A stretch of DNA of 62,057 nt, filler included, from Gonapodya sp. JEL0774 (lineage: Eukaryota), in the NCBI GenBank assembly GCA_027604505.1. It is 14 parts of 14 records of this genome, joined end to end, with 100 filler letters (N's around TTAATTAATTAA, not from the genome) between each part and the next. Parts side by side here need not be neighbours in the genome. Positions count along the whole stretch, not along the records: positions 8,942 to 13,305 come from JADIIX010000970.1; positions 13,406 to 17,759 come from JADIIX010000971.1; positions 17,860 to 22,211 come from JADIIX010000972.1; positions 22,312 to 26,651 come from JADIIX010000973.1; 10 more parts are not named here. The stretch is one strand, 5' to 3'. The notes beneath the pieces were generated by a model. The model made no database searches. It saw nothing but the letters and a program-made list of their open reading frames with translations, and was not told the origin of the DNA. The position numbers and the translations under genes are program-made. This document shows positions 11,180 through 23,342 of this stretch, piece by piece. Positions within the stretch are counted from its first letter, which is position 1. Each line of letters begins with the position of its first letter.

Positions 11180-11806
11180 ATGACCGAACCATCCTCGAAC
11201 GGAACGCCTGGTCCAATAAACAACTCTTCTTCTTCGTACCCGCCCTCGTCCCCTCGTCCCGCCCGCTTCCCCGTCCATTGGATATTCGTCACCCTTCTCG
11301 CGTGCCTTTGTCTGATGGCTGTCAATGCCATTCGACTCGATAGATCAGGTAAGGGTTTTCCCAGTATCTTCATTTTCACTACGATGTAGACCTTGCTGTT
11401 GTGATGGTTCTCCTTCGTGTCAGGTGTTCTGGACACGATGCCCAAGCTACGGGACTGGGCGGCAGATGAGCCTGGTGAAGAGGGGCCGGAACTGGACGAA
11501 ATTGTACTTGGAGATGAACTCGCGACGATGGAGAACTGGCCTGCCCCGGCGCCGGAGACTGTATCATACGATGACGTGCTTCCGGCAGTTGCGGACATAT
11601 CGGAAGGTCAAGCAGAGGAAACTGGTGAACAAGAGCATGAACTTAGAGTAGAGAGGTTTGTGATTTATGCTGATGATGAGGAGGAGGAAGAGGAACAGGG
11701 CCAACAAGTCGCGCAGGGTGAAGAAGGAAGTGGCGAACCGCAAATTCTCGTAGTAACCTCGGTGGTGACAGAGACACTCACGGTCTTCGAAGATGAGCAA
11801 GGGTAG
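11180..11806 (+). CDS. Small hypothetical single-TM protein with acidic C-terminus (one intron ~11349-11423)
   Basis: MTEPSS...WIFVTLLACLCLMAVNA hydrophobic segment, GTAAGG..CAG intron, then acidic ORF to stop at 11806. Confidence 0.5.
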
Positions 11807-12273
11807 CTACGTGATGGAACTCCTGAAGCAGGACATTTCCGGTTATCGTATGAATTGAACAGCTGCAATACCGGGAGAGGTTGATGCCAAAATGATACAA
11901 AATGTGAATCGTGCTAGTGTAAGGACTTCCGTCTCTTTGTAGTTACTGATTGTATTTTGCAAGATCATTGGCTCTCCGTGAATTGTTTCGGTATAGTCAA
12001 TGTTTGGCCAACCCTTGAGTGGCATCATTTTTCACATGCATTGGTGAACAGAGGGACTGGGACCACAGCACAGTTGAACCTTGACCCGAAGAACGTTTAC
12101 ATAACCCCCAGAACATCTTCGCCCTCTGTCTTCGCACGAAGGCGCAGAATCACAGAAAGCAATGGATCGCATTATCGCTGCCTACTGGCCTCGCTCATTA
12201 AAGAGAACGCTCAAATTCCTGAGTCGCAAAACACTTCGACTCCAAATCATCATCCACCATTCGTTCCACAACT

Positions 12274-13305
12274 ATGCCCCGAATCAAATCAAAGAATCTA
12301 CTCCTAGCTGCTCTCGCCTTGCTCACCGTCGTGCTTCCGATTGTCCGGGGATTCTCTCTCACCCACAAGGTTCTCATTCTCACGGTTACTCCAAGCGACA
12401 GTACAGTTGAATGTGAGTCCTAATCGATTCAACGGATTTGTTGTTGGGCATGAAATCCATTCAAATTGATCAATTACATTTTCGTCATATAGTACCTGTT
12501 ACCATGACTTTGGATGCGTACGGCATCCCCTACGAAGTCGTTGTTGTACCATCCACCGGAATCGCCGGCAACCTTCCTCTCGTCGACTCCTCTGGGAACC
12601 CCAAGTACAGGTGAACGATTTAGTTGCTCCGCCCATTGTGTGTTGCAATCAGTTTAAGACCACTTCACATTTTCTCCCCACTCAGCTTGATCGTCATCGC
12701 TCAAGCTAGCTTGAACTACGCGTCGCTTTCTTGGGCTAGCGCTCTCACAGCCTCACAATGGACATACGTGAGATAAGTTTATCGAACCATTTTGATGTCT
12801 TTTCTCACAAGTTTGTCCCCAGCTCGAACAATACGAGGCGACATACAACGTTCGTCGCGTCACCCTAGACGATTTGCCTCAAGCAGCCCACGGCACTGCA
12901 ACTTCCGGCGGCTCTAGCGATGCGCACACTATCACATTGAATTCAACATTTGCCACAGCCGCCGGCCTTAACACGTCGCCGCAAATCACTGTTGCGGGGT
13001 CAGTTACCGAGTGTCACTGTATCCGGTACATATGTTCACACTCCTTTCCCACTTCTCAGTCTCTGGCACTACCCTGCGACAATCACAAATACCACTCTAG
13101 CCAAACCAGTCGTGTACTTCGAACCTCTGGCTCCCACCTGGCCTAGCCAGACAGTCGGCGCGGTTGTCATCACTTACGACAACGGTCGCCAGCAGATGGC
13201 CTTCTACACACCATTTGGGTTCTGGTCAACAACATCGCTCTTTTTGAATCACGTGTGGTTACAGTGGGGTACTCGTGGGATCTACCAAGGTTCGTTGTTC
13301 TCTGT
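12274..13305 (+). CDS. Agd3-like secreted polysaccharide deacetylase (CBM87/CE18-type N-terminal region), 3' truncated
   Basis: Signal peptide MPRIKSKNLLLAALALLTVVLPIVRG. Spliced exons give LDAYGIPYEVVVVP, SALTASQW..LEQYEATYNVRRV, LWHYPATI, GRQQMAFY and LNHVWLQWGTRGIYQG, matching motifs I recall from Aspergillus Agd3. Confidence 0.8.
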
Positions 13306-13717
13306 NNNNNNNNNNNNNNNNNNNNNNNNNNNNNNNNNNNNNNNNNNNNTTAATTAATTAANNNNNNNNNNNNNNNNNNNNNNNNNNNNNNNNNNNNNNN
13401 NNNNNGCGGGAAGGGGAGGACAGGGGCGGACGGAGGTGGCTTGCGGCTTGCAGGTATGACCTGAACGTCACCCCACACCGCAATCTGTTATCAGAGGGGA
13501 CTCGCCATTTCAACTCTCCAAAACTAATGAGAATATACTTATAATGTAGTAGTAAAATTGCAATTGAGTTGAATTACTCGTGGCCTGGGAGCAGGTCCCG
13601 GCCGCCCAATTTGGCCGGAGGGAACAGAACAGAACTGTTACCAGCGCAGCGACCACACGAATTCCGTCCCTGACAACTGCCGACCGGGAGTCGTTCACCG
13701 TACCGAGACTCGCCGAT

Positions 13718-16716
13718 ATGGGATGGTTGGATCCATCGATCTCCCCAAGATGGTCTTGCGTGGTTCTCCTTCTCTGGTGCTTCACCTCAGCTTCCAACGC
13801 TCAGTACACGTCCCTTTCAAACACGGATATCGCCAAAGGAAATCACATTGGCTACAATCTTGTATCAATCAGCATTTCTGACTGCCAAGCTGGTGTGTTT
13901 CTTGCGGTGGACATCGTTTCCCTTCCAGTACCTAATTTGGAAAAAAGTGTGCAATCTTATCGGTAACAGCTGCGTCGGTTTTACTCTTGCGACGGATGGA
14001 CTCTGCTATTGGAAAAATACCGCCTCCGATCAAGCTGCTACATCTGGAGTGACCACATACTTGAAGCAAGGGTTGGTTGGTTGCTGCTCTCAACAGTTTG
14101 ATAAACGACACTCAGGCACCATCATGCATCCCCAGGAGCCCCGCGGCTCCATCTATACCGAACTATTCGTTCTCAACGTCCGCATCTACAGACTTTCCGG
14201 GAAATGATTTCCTCAGTGAGACAAGCATTTCGAAATTTGCGGATAACAGAGTTGACGTCGTGTCCGAACATAGTTCTCTTAATTGGGACACCGGCGTTTT
14301 GCCAAACTCTGTGCGACTACTTCTCAAGTTGCGCTGGCATTATTTATAGTACTTCTGCCATTTGCAACCTCAAGGTAATGAGCCATTCGGATGTTCGCAA
14401 CTCCCCACGTGCCAACATTCACTTTGGTCGAACTTCACATGCGTAACAGACCTCCGTCGCAAATCCAAGTTCCAACTCTGCATACACCGGATACATACGT
14501 GGTTCAGTTCCGCCACCTCGTACGTTAACTAAATCAGCCCTGCCGCTTACAAAATCAGCTCATGCTTTCATCCTCAGCACCCCCCCCACCCTCCCCACCA
14601 CCACCGCCTCCACCTCCTCCAGCTGGTAAGAATGGAATGTTTTGCCGTTGGATGTCAATAGCCTGAATTCCTAGCTTCGAATGCTTCAGCAACACCACCA
14701 CCACCCCCACCGCCACCCCCTTCTCCACCCTCTGCCTCGACTGTCGCATACGGTGGGACCTGTACCTCCGCCACAACGTGTGCTGGCTCCCTGTCATGCG
14801 TCTCTCGTAAGTACTGATCATTAGCGTGAACTCCGCTCGTTTCGGACCAACCAAACATCTTCCGTCTCCGTTTGAAATGAAGAACTTTGTGGGTGCCCTT
14901 CGGGTCAACAACTGTGCACCAACTCAGCAACAACGTGCTGCGCAATCGCTTCGTCGCCACCTTCTGTCGTTTACGTCACGGTCGCTCCCACCGTCGTTTC
15001 GAACGCTGTGGAGACTGTGGTGTATGTGACGTCGGGTAGTATGAGCGTGATATCCACCGCAATGGCGTATGTTACGACCGTCGTGACAGTATCAGTGTCT
15101 GTCTATGGAGGTAACGCGGTGGCGACCGGCGCGGGTAATACGGGTGGGACATCTGTTGGGTTACAAGCAAGTGCAGCAGTACCAACGAGTGCCAATGCAG
15201 CAGCGCCAAGTGGCACTGCAAGTCTAGGTGTCTCCTCCTTGGGACTCAACAATGACAGGTGAGACTCCACCAAAATCGACGACATGGACACCCGTTTCTT
15301 AACCTCCCACAATGCATAGCGGGTCGTCCTCCAACATTGCGGTTATTGCGGGAGCTGTTGGTGGAGCTGCCGCTGTTGCTATCCTGGGCTTGATCGTGTT
15401 CGTCGTCGTGTACCGCAAACGACGGGGTACACCACCCGGTACCGATGGAACGTCCAACTTCCAATCCGCGTCCGGGTACTCCAAAATGGGGTCGCTTCAA
15501 GATAGATCTGGTTCGGCGACACCGTTTTCTGGGACGGTGGGAAGCTCGGCGATGTCGACCGGATCGAGCTCGGGGACCATTGTGCCAACATCGAGCTTGC
15601 AGTCTAGTATGGCTTTGACGGCTGCGAATGGGCTGGAGAACTCGGGTATGCTGATTGCTGATCAACAGGTGAGAGCGTTTGCGAAGGAGCGTTCGCCAGT
15701 CAGCGCGCTTCATCATTGCGCTTCATCATTACGTTCTCGCTACGCTATGGTCTCATCCCGAAATTCAGCCACATGTGAGTAAACAATTTGGAATTCGATG
15801 ATTATAGTGGGTGCACATTTTGAAACCCGCCGTATCCCAGTGGTTTTTTGTTCGCACCGCGGCACTTGCACGACAATCGCCAGATACCCAAGAGGCACCG
15901 TACAGTGGCGCCCCAGTAATGGCGGTAAATCCGTATGAGACCCGGGCGGAAGATGAAAGTGAGTGCGGAGGCTTTTGATGTCAGTTGATTGATGAAAAAC
16001 TGATGCATATCTTTTGCACACCACGCAGTATCCATATTCCCGGGCAACATAATACAACTTTCCTCCGTCTACTACGATGGATGGGGAGTTGGAACGGTGA
16101 GATTACCTTAAACTCCATGGACCACATTTTCTCAATTAACTCGCCCCGTGTGACAGAACCTAAGCACCGGCGCATATGGAGTGTTTCCGATCGACGTCCT
16201 TCCTCTCAGCGATATTGCCCCCTCCTCCGTCCCCTCGGGCCTTCTTTCCCAACCGTAGTTATCAGTCGGCACTCGCAGCGTCTCGATCGCAATGCGTTCG
16301 GGCAAGTTCGATTTAACAACGATGCGTTCGAACAATTTCAGCTCCACAAAGCGACATGTAGGATCTTCATCAATTGCTGCGAATGTGGGATCGTCAAAAG
16401 CGGGGTCAATTGACCGTTCTTGGCGATCTGACGGGACAAGAATGGCAGAGGTACGTCGTGTGCCTGAGTGCACACCGCCATTTGTCTGCGTCAGACTCTA
16501 AATTGTCATTCTCGCGACGCACTGTGTTTCTTTGATCATAAGCCCCACGATGTTCGCGGACCAACCATTGCCCCTCCACCTGAAACTTATGCACCCTCAT
16601 ATCAATTGTCTCCCTTGAAGAAAAACACACCTTCAGCTCCCTCAGGTACAAGTTCTGTTCGAAAGGAGACAGGTGGCTATGAGATACCTTTGGAGAGTCA
16701 GAGGTGGGAGAACTAG
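13718..16716 (+). CDS. Single-pass membrane protein: signal peptide, two PAN/Apple-like modules, Pro/Ser/Thr stalk, TM, cytoplasmic SH3 domain
   Basis: NTDIAKGNHIG..DCQ..CVGFTL..GLCYWK and STDFPGNDF..CQTLC..CAGIIY..CNLK are PAN-like. TM is IAVIAGAVGGAAAVAILGLIVFVVVYRKRR. Spliced exons at ~15915-16210 give AVNPYETRAEDEISIFPGNIIQLSSVYYDGWGVGTNLSTGAYGVFPIDVL (SH3). 3' end approximate. Confidence 0.75.
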
Positions 16717-17859
16717 AACGAGGGCTACTGGCTGAGGGTACATCAGACTTTATTAGGAGGAAGCTGCTGTAGCGTGGGTGAGAAAGTATGCGAGTCCACT
16801 GCAGGTAGAAAACATAGTGAATTTTCTAGTATGTATACAATTCAATACTTGTCTGCTCAGTGAGTGGGACTGTGGGCGAAACGCCTGATAGTAGCATCCA
16901 CCAACATTATTGTAACTTATCTGGATGCAACAACTAGTGGTCACACTTCCAGCAGCAATTGACATTATCACAGGTTCATAGGAAACAGAGGTGAAACAAT
17001 GTGATGTATAATGTGTACACAAAGGCTCAACATGACACCTAGTACACGATAAATATGAGGAGGATTCTGATGTAATATGTATCTGAGGACATTGAAGTTT
17101 GCATAAACCCAAACTCTGGTCAGAACCCCATGATCAGTTGCTACTATAACTGGCTTGAAATAATCAGCGTTCCCTATGCATTTGTTGTTGGAGGGGATCT
17201 AGCAAGAGCTGTGTCACAAATATGAGGACTGACTCGCTGAACCGTGGCACAGTGGTTCGTGGTCACGCGCAAGCTCCCCTCACCTTTGCTGAGGCCATTC
17301 GAGTGACGGATTTCATCCGCTTGGGCTGCTTGTGTTTGCTTCGACTGCGGCAGACGGCAACGTGGCAAGAGAAAGAGAAAGAAGGTGAAGAATGGGAACG
17401 AAGGTGGGAGCGACGGGGGGGACAGAGAGCGGACGACATGTAGGATGTGTCGGTTGCGCACTCGCCGGGACCCGGTTTGCTTCATCTCGTTCGGACAGTT
17501 GGAATAGGTGGCTTTTTTCGGCAAGGACAGCTGTGATAGTTCTGCTTTCTCGTACTTTCCCGTACTTTTTCGTTATGATTCCTCCGGTCTGACCTTGATT
17601 GTGTCGGCCAATGGCCTTTGTCACCCACATTCCGCGCACCACTCCTGGACACCAAGCATCAATGAATCAAAACAATCCAACCTCTTCGTCAACGGCTCCA
17701 AGATCCTCGGGTCCTTCCGCCACGGCTCGGTGGGCGGACGATTCGGCCGGCAGTGCGGGNNNNNNNNNNNNNNNNNNNNNNNNNNNNNNNNNNNNNNNNN
17801 NNNTTAATTAATTAANNNNNNNNNNNNNNNNNNNNNNNNNNNNNNNNNNNNNNNNNNNN

Positions 17860-18142
17860 TACACATTTCTCCCAATTATTCAAGAGATTATGGTTATCTT
17901 ACATCATTTCACAGGTTCATCTTGCATTGATTTTATAGGTGGGTGAAGTAAATTACAGGGTGGGGGCACTCTCCAGGGTGGGGGGTGTAAAAAATGCGAC
18001 AAATCAAATCAGAAACACTGAAAATGTATAGAGAGATGAAACTGAAGCCAACCCGGGCTCATAACCTGTTGATGTAACCACTGGGCCAAGTGCAAAACCT
18101 GTAGAGAGGCAAAGTGGTGGATTCTCATATATAATCTCAACA
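17860..18142 (-). mobile_element. 5' end of a copia-type LTR element: 76-bp LTR (18067-18142) plus PBS GGTTATGAGCCC (18055-18066)
   Basis: LTR bounded by TGTTGA...TCAACA inverted ends and immediately followed on the minus strand by GGTTATGAGCCCGG, the half-tRNA-iMet primer site of Ty5/copia elements. A near-identical LTR lies at 39880-39955. Confidence 0.8.
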
Positions 18143-20722
18143 TAGACCAAGTCTGCGCCATATACAAATAATTATGGCATTGTGTCCAACACCATAGGAA
18201 CTTCACAGATCCGTTCTGGGGGAGTGCTTATATGCATTGTTGTAGTGTCTATTTCAAAGCCCACAATATTAATGTGCCGCGCAGGGGGCACACATTTGTC
18301 TACGGCTTCTGGTGCGTCTAAGGTGGATAACAGTGATCGGAATTGAAAGAAGGCCTCTGTGGCGCCGACCTCAGTACTGAAGATGCCCCAAAAATTGTCC
18401 ATGTAGTCACCAATTGCTCCTTTCACACGCAGTTTTGAATTTGCAATCTAACAGAGCAAATTGGCAAAACGATTCCATATTGCTGTCCTGGATCGTGAGC
18501 CAAACAAGAGAAAATAGTCCACATAAAATAGCCCACACCATCGGAATACATGGATGAGCTGGTCAATCGCCTGAAGGGGAATGAGGCGATAGGCTGCTTC
18601 GGTGTCTATTTTAAACATGTATGATCCCACTCCCATGTATCGGAGCCATTCTATGACCACTGCTATTCCTTCAAATTTTGGTTTTGAATTTCTCGATATT
18701 GATATGGTCATTTATTGAAGTACGGGTGGAGTTTGGATGCTGAATAGCTCAACAACGGACATTGATAGAAGGACGCCGATAAGCGCATTGGAACCGCCTT
18801 GAAGAGTAGATATGTTTTGGTACTTGAACGATCTCTCTAGCGTTCCTGGTTGTGGAGTTATGTAGAGAGCAGTTGGACTTGGAGTGTGGGGCGAGTGTGT
18901 AGCACTGTGACCACAGTAGTGCACAGTGAGTGAGAGATAGAGAATAATATAGCGACGTCGCAACTGCCCCCAGCCCCACGAAAGCTCATTATCATTGACT
19001 GATCTGCCTCAGGGAGGAGAGGCTGATAAGTGAAAGATTGTACGGACTTTCTGCTAATGTTTTTTTGGGACCTGCCCGATTGGGGATACTTTGGCCAGGG
19101 AGTGTGGGGGGGGGGTCGTGAGGCCCTCCAAGACACGTTGATTCAAAAGTTCTTCTGCAATGTTTTTGTCTATTTTCTCAGACGCCAAGTTTACGGATTT
19201 AAGGTTCTTTAAGATAAACGGCTCAAGTGGTCCCTTATATCCGTACGAGAATCCAGATGTGAAGCCTTGTGTTATGTAGTCGAAGTAACCTCTGTTTGGG
19301 TGGTCACGGAGGAAGTAGAGAAATTTTGGAAGGTTGACAGGACCTTTATCGACTTTAAAGATGGCAGGGTTCAGAGTTGTCATGATAGATTGATAATGTA
19401 TGGTTTTTACATTGCGCTTTCAGTGGACGGACCGGACAGAAAACGGGGTTTTGAACTTGTTGGATTGATTTCTTGAAAGAGCGCACATTGGGGTTTCACG
19501 TAGGCTATCTTAACGAGTGGGGGCGGGCTGGAGCGGTGGTGCAGAGAGCTTCTTTGCCATGATTGACCTGGCAGTGGGCGGCAATGCATCCAGAGATGTT
19601 ACACATGCGTTTGTGGCTGGCTCGACAGACATCTGAGCAGCCCCCATTGTTCCAATTTCTACAAATGAGTGGGTCAGATTTGTATGGTCCGTACCAAGTG
19701 TCTGTTGGATTTTGGGTTTTGGTGCGTTGGTGTTGGCTGGACCCTTGATGTTTCTGTGTGACCACCATGAGATGCCACATGAGGCACATCGGATCACTGC
19801 TGAGTAGCGAGAGCAAGCAATCTGCTGCAACTTTTTGCCTCCTCTCAATGTCGTAGGCATAGTTGTTGTCCCACATGTGTGCCCCAAAGGTGTTGTGTAG
19901 CTCGCTGATGTGGGGCTCGTATTTGTCTGTGATTCCATAGGTGTGGTATTCGGAGAATACTTGTCTGAGTGCCCGGTTGTATTTTGGAAATGCCGTAACC
20001 CAGAGCCCATAAGATTATATCGGCGTTTTTGGATTGGGTTCTGAGTGGATTTCAATGGTGCCAAATCGCTCAATGGACGGTCTGGTGGCCATTTGGAGGA
20101 TGTTGCTGTCAAGGCATTTGCCATATGTCATGTTCTTCCAGACGGACTCAGGGAGGAGCTTGTGTGGACCAGAAGCCAGGTGTTGATAATATTTATTATA
20201 GCTAGTGACCCAGAGGCAGCACTTTGCTTCTATGTCTCTGAGTGCTGGGTTTGCGATAAAGGATGGGAGGGGATCTTCGTCTGAGTATTTGAAATTAGGG
20301 AGCGGCGTGAATCCAAAATCTCCGGCAAATTTAGCCGCGGTGGGTGGAGGCAATATGTGTGGGGGAACGCCATCCTCCAAAACTGGTTCGCTGATTAGTA
20401 GCAAAGGCAGAGGCGGAGGAACCTCCACTGGCGCTGGCAGTGGTGCGTGGGGGACGGCTTGTGCTGGAGGTACTTCTGCAGCAACATCCACGGGAGCAGG
20501 GAGGGCTGGCACGTCTGGCACTTCCGGGATGCCGGGATTCGCAGCTGGTAGTGCCTGGATGGTGTCTCGGATAGCCACAGGTGTGCCCGCAGTGGGTAAT
20601 GCCTTCTGGTTGTATTTCTTGATATCAGAGATGTGTTGATGTCTTTTCACGTTTTCTATTGCTAACTCAGTTGGGAATCGTGTGCAAAGCTTGTTGAGGG
20701 CAACTATAGGGTCCTGTGCCAT
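18143..20722 (-). mobile_element. Degenerate tyrosine-recombinase retrotransposon (Ngaro/DIRS type): gag-like ORF with Cys/His finger and disrupted RT
   Basis: gag pieces 20015-20722 and 19505-19876 (YDIERRQK; CRNWNNGGC..C...H..C...C...H). RT pieces LRDHPNR..ITQGFTSGF, SPIGQVPKK, KIDTEAAYRLIPL, LLFGSRS, YMDNFWG and VGFEIDT, with stops and frameshifts. Confidence 0.85.
18713..18991. mobile_element. 279-bp insertion with 5-bp target duplication (TCATT) inside the Ngaro/DIRS RT
   Basis: TCATT at 18708-18712 and 18992-18996. Removing the insert and one copy restores minus-strand GRSVNDHINIEKFK. Confidence 0.7.
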
Positions 20723-21214
20723 TCAAGATTGGATAGAGACGTGGTGTCTGCCTTGCGTCCAATTATCTCCCAATTTTACGCTAATGATTAGATTTCAAAT
20801 GTGAAAGAAGAACCGCTGTATAGCCTTATGTAGTCCTAGTGTAATGAGAATACACGCGAAAGCTTGCAGGGTTGATGAGACTAATGTGGTTTGAGACAAG
20901 CTCTTTGGTGAGCTGATATGATGACTGATGTCAATGGCAGCCACAAAGGCTGATAATGACGGTGAATGCTCAAAGAGCTGATATAATGATAGTGGCTCAA
21001 AGAGCTCAGATCACACTGCCAACAGGAGCTGAAGGCAATTGATGTAAGATTCGGAGATGGAGTTTTGTGTGTGTGTTCGTATAGACAGCAGTATGAATTT
21101 GTCCCCCAGCAGACTCATGCATTTATAGAGCAAGACTACGTAAGCAATTACGAAACATTTGTTGCGCAAGCTTCTGGGAATCTCCAGGAGTTTTGCAATG
21201 CACTTGTGCGAGTA

Positions 21215-21520
21215 CTACGCGTGCCTTGCACCAGCAAACACGTTACTCGGCCAATTGCCAGAAACATAGTTTGCAATTTGCTCCCATTTCTCCGCAATTG
21301 TGACGACCTTTTCAGTCTTTGTAATTGGGTCAAACTCACGCCCCTTCATATATGGCTTCTTGTCCAGGCACTCCATCAAGAGATCCATTCTCTTCACTGG
21401 ATTACTCCAGCAAAACTGACTTGCCTCAGCAAGGGACTGCAGCCAAAGGTTCTGCAGAGGGTTCTGCAGCAACTGATGGGTCACTGGGCACCTAAGACCA
21501 GAAGCCCCAACATTCAGCAT
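21215..21520 (-). pseudogene. Possible Myb/SANT-like (Harbinger ORF2-type) fragment in CpG-poor relic DNA
   Basis: WSNPVKRMDLLMECLDKKPY...AEKWEQIANYV resembles trihelix/SANT spacing. Surrounded by stops. Confidence 0.3.
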
Positions 21521-22856
21521 ACCAACTCAGTCACAATACTTTGTTATCAGCACTCACAGGTGAAGGATTTGCCCCTCGTCCCAGTCCATGTGTTCCTCTT
21601 CCTTGTACTTGCAATTCCCCTCTTTCACCTCCACAGCCACGATCCCGACCCCTCCCACGTGCCACTGCCCTGTTAGACTGTCCAGCATTGCCTGGGACTC
21701 AAAGAATTGTGCTGGCAAGGTCTGGGAGGGCTTGTAAGTTGCCGGACATGCTGCGTAATTTGACACACCGGTCAGGACAGAAATCAGCGTCAGCAGCTGT
21801 GGAAAAATACTGAAATGTACCTTATGGTATCCTGGAAGTTCTGAGATGCGACAGTATGGCAGGATCACTCTTGGTGAGCTGAGAAAATATGTATACAGGG
21901 AACGGCTTTCTACTTGTTAATTTGAGATTTAATTTTTACAAGTAAGTCATAAAAATGAATTACACCTGTAATGTTCTACCCATAATTTACGTGTTGCCAG
22001 TGTGTGAATCGATCTGCATAAATGCCAGATCAAGGATCGGATTGAACAAGATCGGTACGTTTATAATTCCAGCAGATCCGGTCGGATCATGTTGAGAGTT
22101 AGTCCCAAAGGGATCGTGGATTGGCTCGGATCAGATTAGAGAGGTTGCGCAGAATTTAGTTATCACGACTTTGGTGCACACAAGGTATGTGGCACGAGGG
22201 AAAATATTGGGNNNNNNNNNNNNNNNNNNNNNNNNNNNNNNNNNNNNNNNNNNNNTTAATTAATTAANNNNNNNNNNNNNNNNNNNNNNNNNNNNNNNNN
22301 NNNNNNNNNNNTCTGGAGGTGTAGCGGTACGCAAAGTGGTAACAAGAAGTGTTGGCGGTGGACATATCTCTCTGTTGTTTACACTGATCGCAATCTGTCT
22401 TCTACTGTGGAATCGGTCTTCTGTAGGAGAAGCATTCAGCGTCATTGTTATTGGAATGAGTGGAGTTCTTTCTGCAGTTCAAACCATTATAGGGACGACT
22501 GTTGTAGATTCCAGTTGTGATTCTTCAGCACTTGTATGATTGTCAGATCCGTATGTGATTTTTCATTTTGGACCACGACGACGTGGAGACTTTCGAAATC
22601 TCTTTTTCTTCCTTACAGACACGCTGTGAATGCGGTTTCCACCCGAGAGCGGAAGCTTGCTCTTCTCAGCAGTGGAGATGGATTTTGGAGGCTCAGTTTT
22701 ATCAAAACATACAACGGAGGAAGGTGCCCATGTGATCCTTGGAGTCATACTTGAGACGAAAAAAACAAAGAGTTTCTTTATTTTTTGCTCCAGTAAACCA
22801 CACGCACCATTTTTTTGCATCGCGAGTATGGCAGCAAGAAACTTGAGATCTAAGTA

Positions 22857-23339
22857 ATGGTCGATCCTTATGGCACCATATTGTACGGCGACGACGTGGA
22901 CCTTCTCCCCTCTCTTTCACTATTGAGGGGTGGGGCCCAGTCTTTGCCGTCGTCAGTATCCATTGACAAAGTAGGCGCGGCTTCTGATTCTTCACAAAGC
23001 TCCGTATCTACATCGAGTAGTGTGTCCAACACTTCAATTTTGGGTGAAATTGCCGAAAACGATAGCTGGCGGGAACGCACAACTGCTGTTCTCGGCACCG
23101 TCGTAGTTGTGCTTGGCTGGGTTGTTGGTTTGATTTGGATACATACATATGTTCAGAACGACACGTCCTTCAAGTCAAGCTTCTTTGCCAAGCTTGCTTT
23201 ATATCTGTTCTGGTCGGTTTGGTGCATATTGGGTATCTTTTCACCTATCGTGTGGTTTGTTCTCGTGATTCCCGCAGGAATTATTGGTTTCAAATTACAG
23301 TCAACTCCCACCCCGTCGACACTAACATCGGCGTCCTAA
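22857..23339 (+). CDS. Hypothetical viral-type membrane protein (2-3 TM), 160 aa
   Basis: Intact ORF with hydrophobic segments AVLGTVVVVLGWVVGLIWI and LALYLFWSVWCILGIFSPIVWFVLVIPAGIIGF. Confidence 0.65.
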   Translation: MVDPYGTILYGDDVDLLPSLSLLRGGAQSLPSSVSIDKVGAASDSSQSSVSTSSSVSNTSILGEIAENDSWRERTTAVLGTVVVVLGWVVGLIWIHTYVQNDTSFKSSFFAKLALYLFWSVWCILGIFSPIVWFVLVIPAGIIGFKLQSTPTPSTLTSAS

Positions 23340-23342
23340 GTT

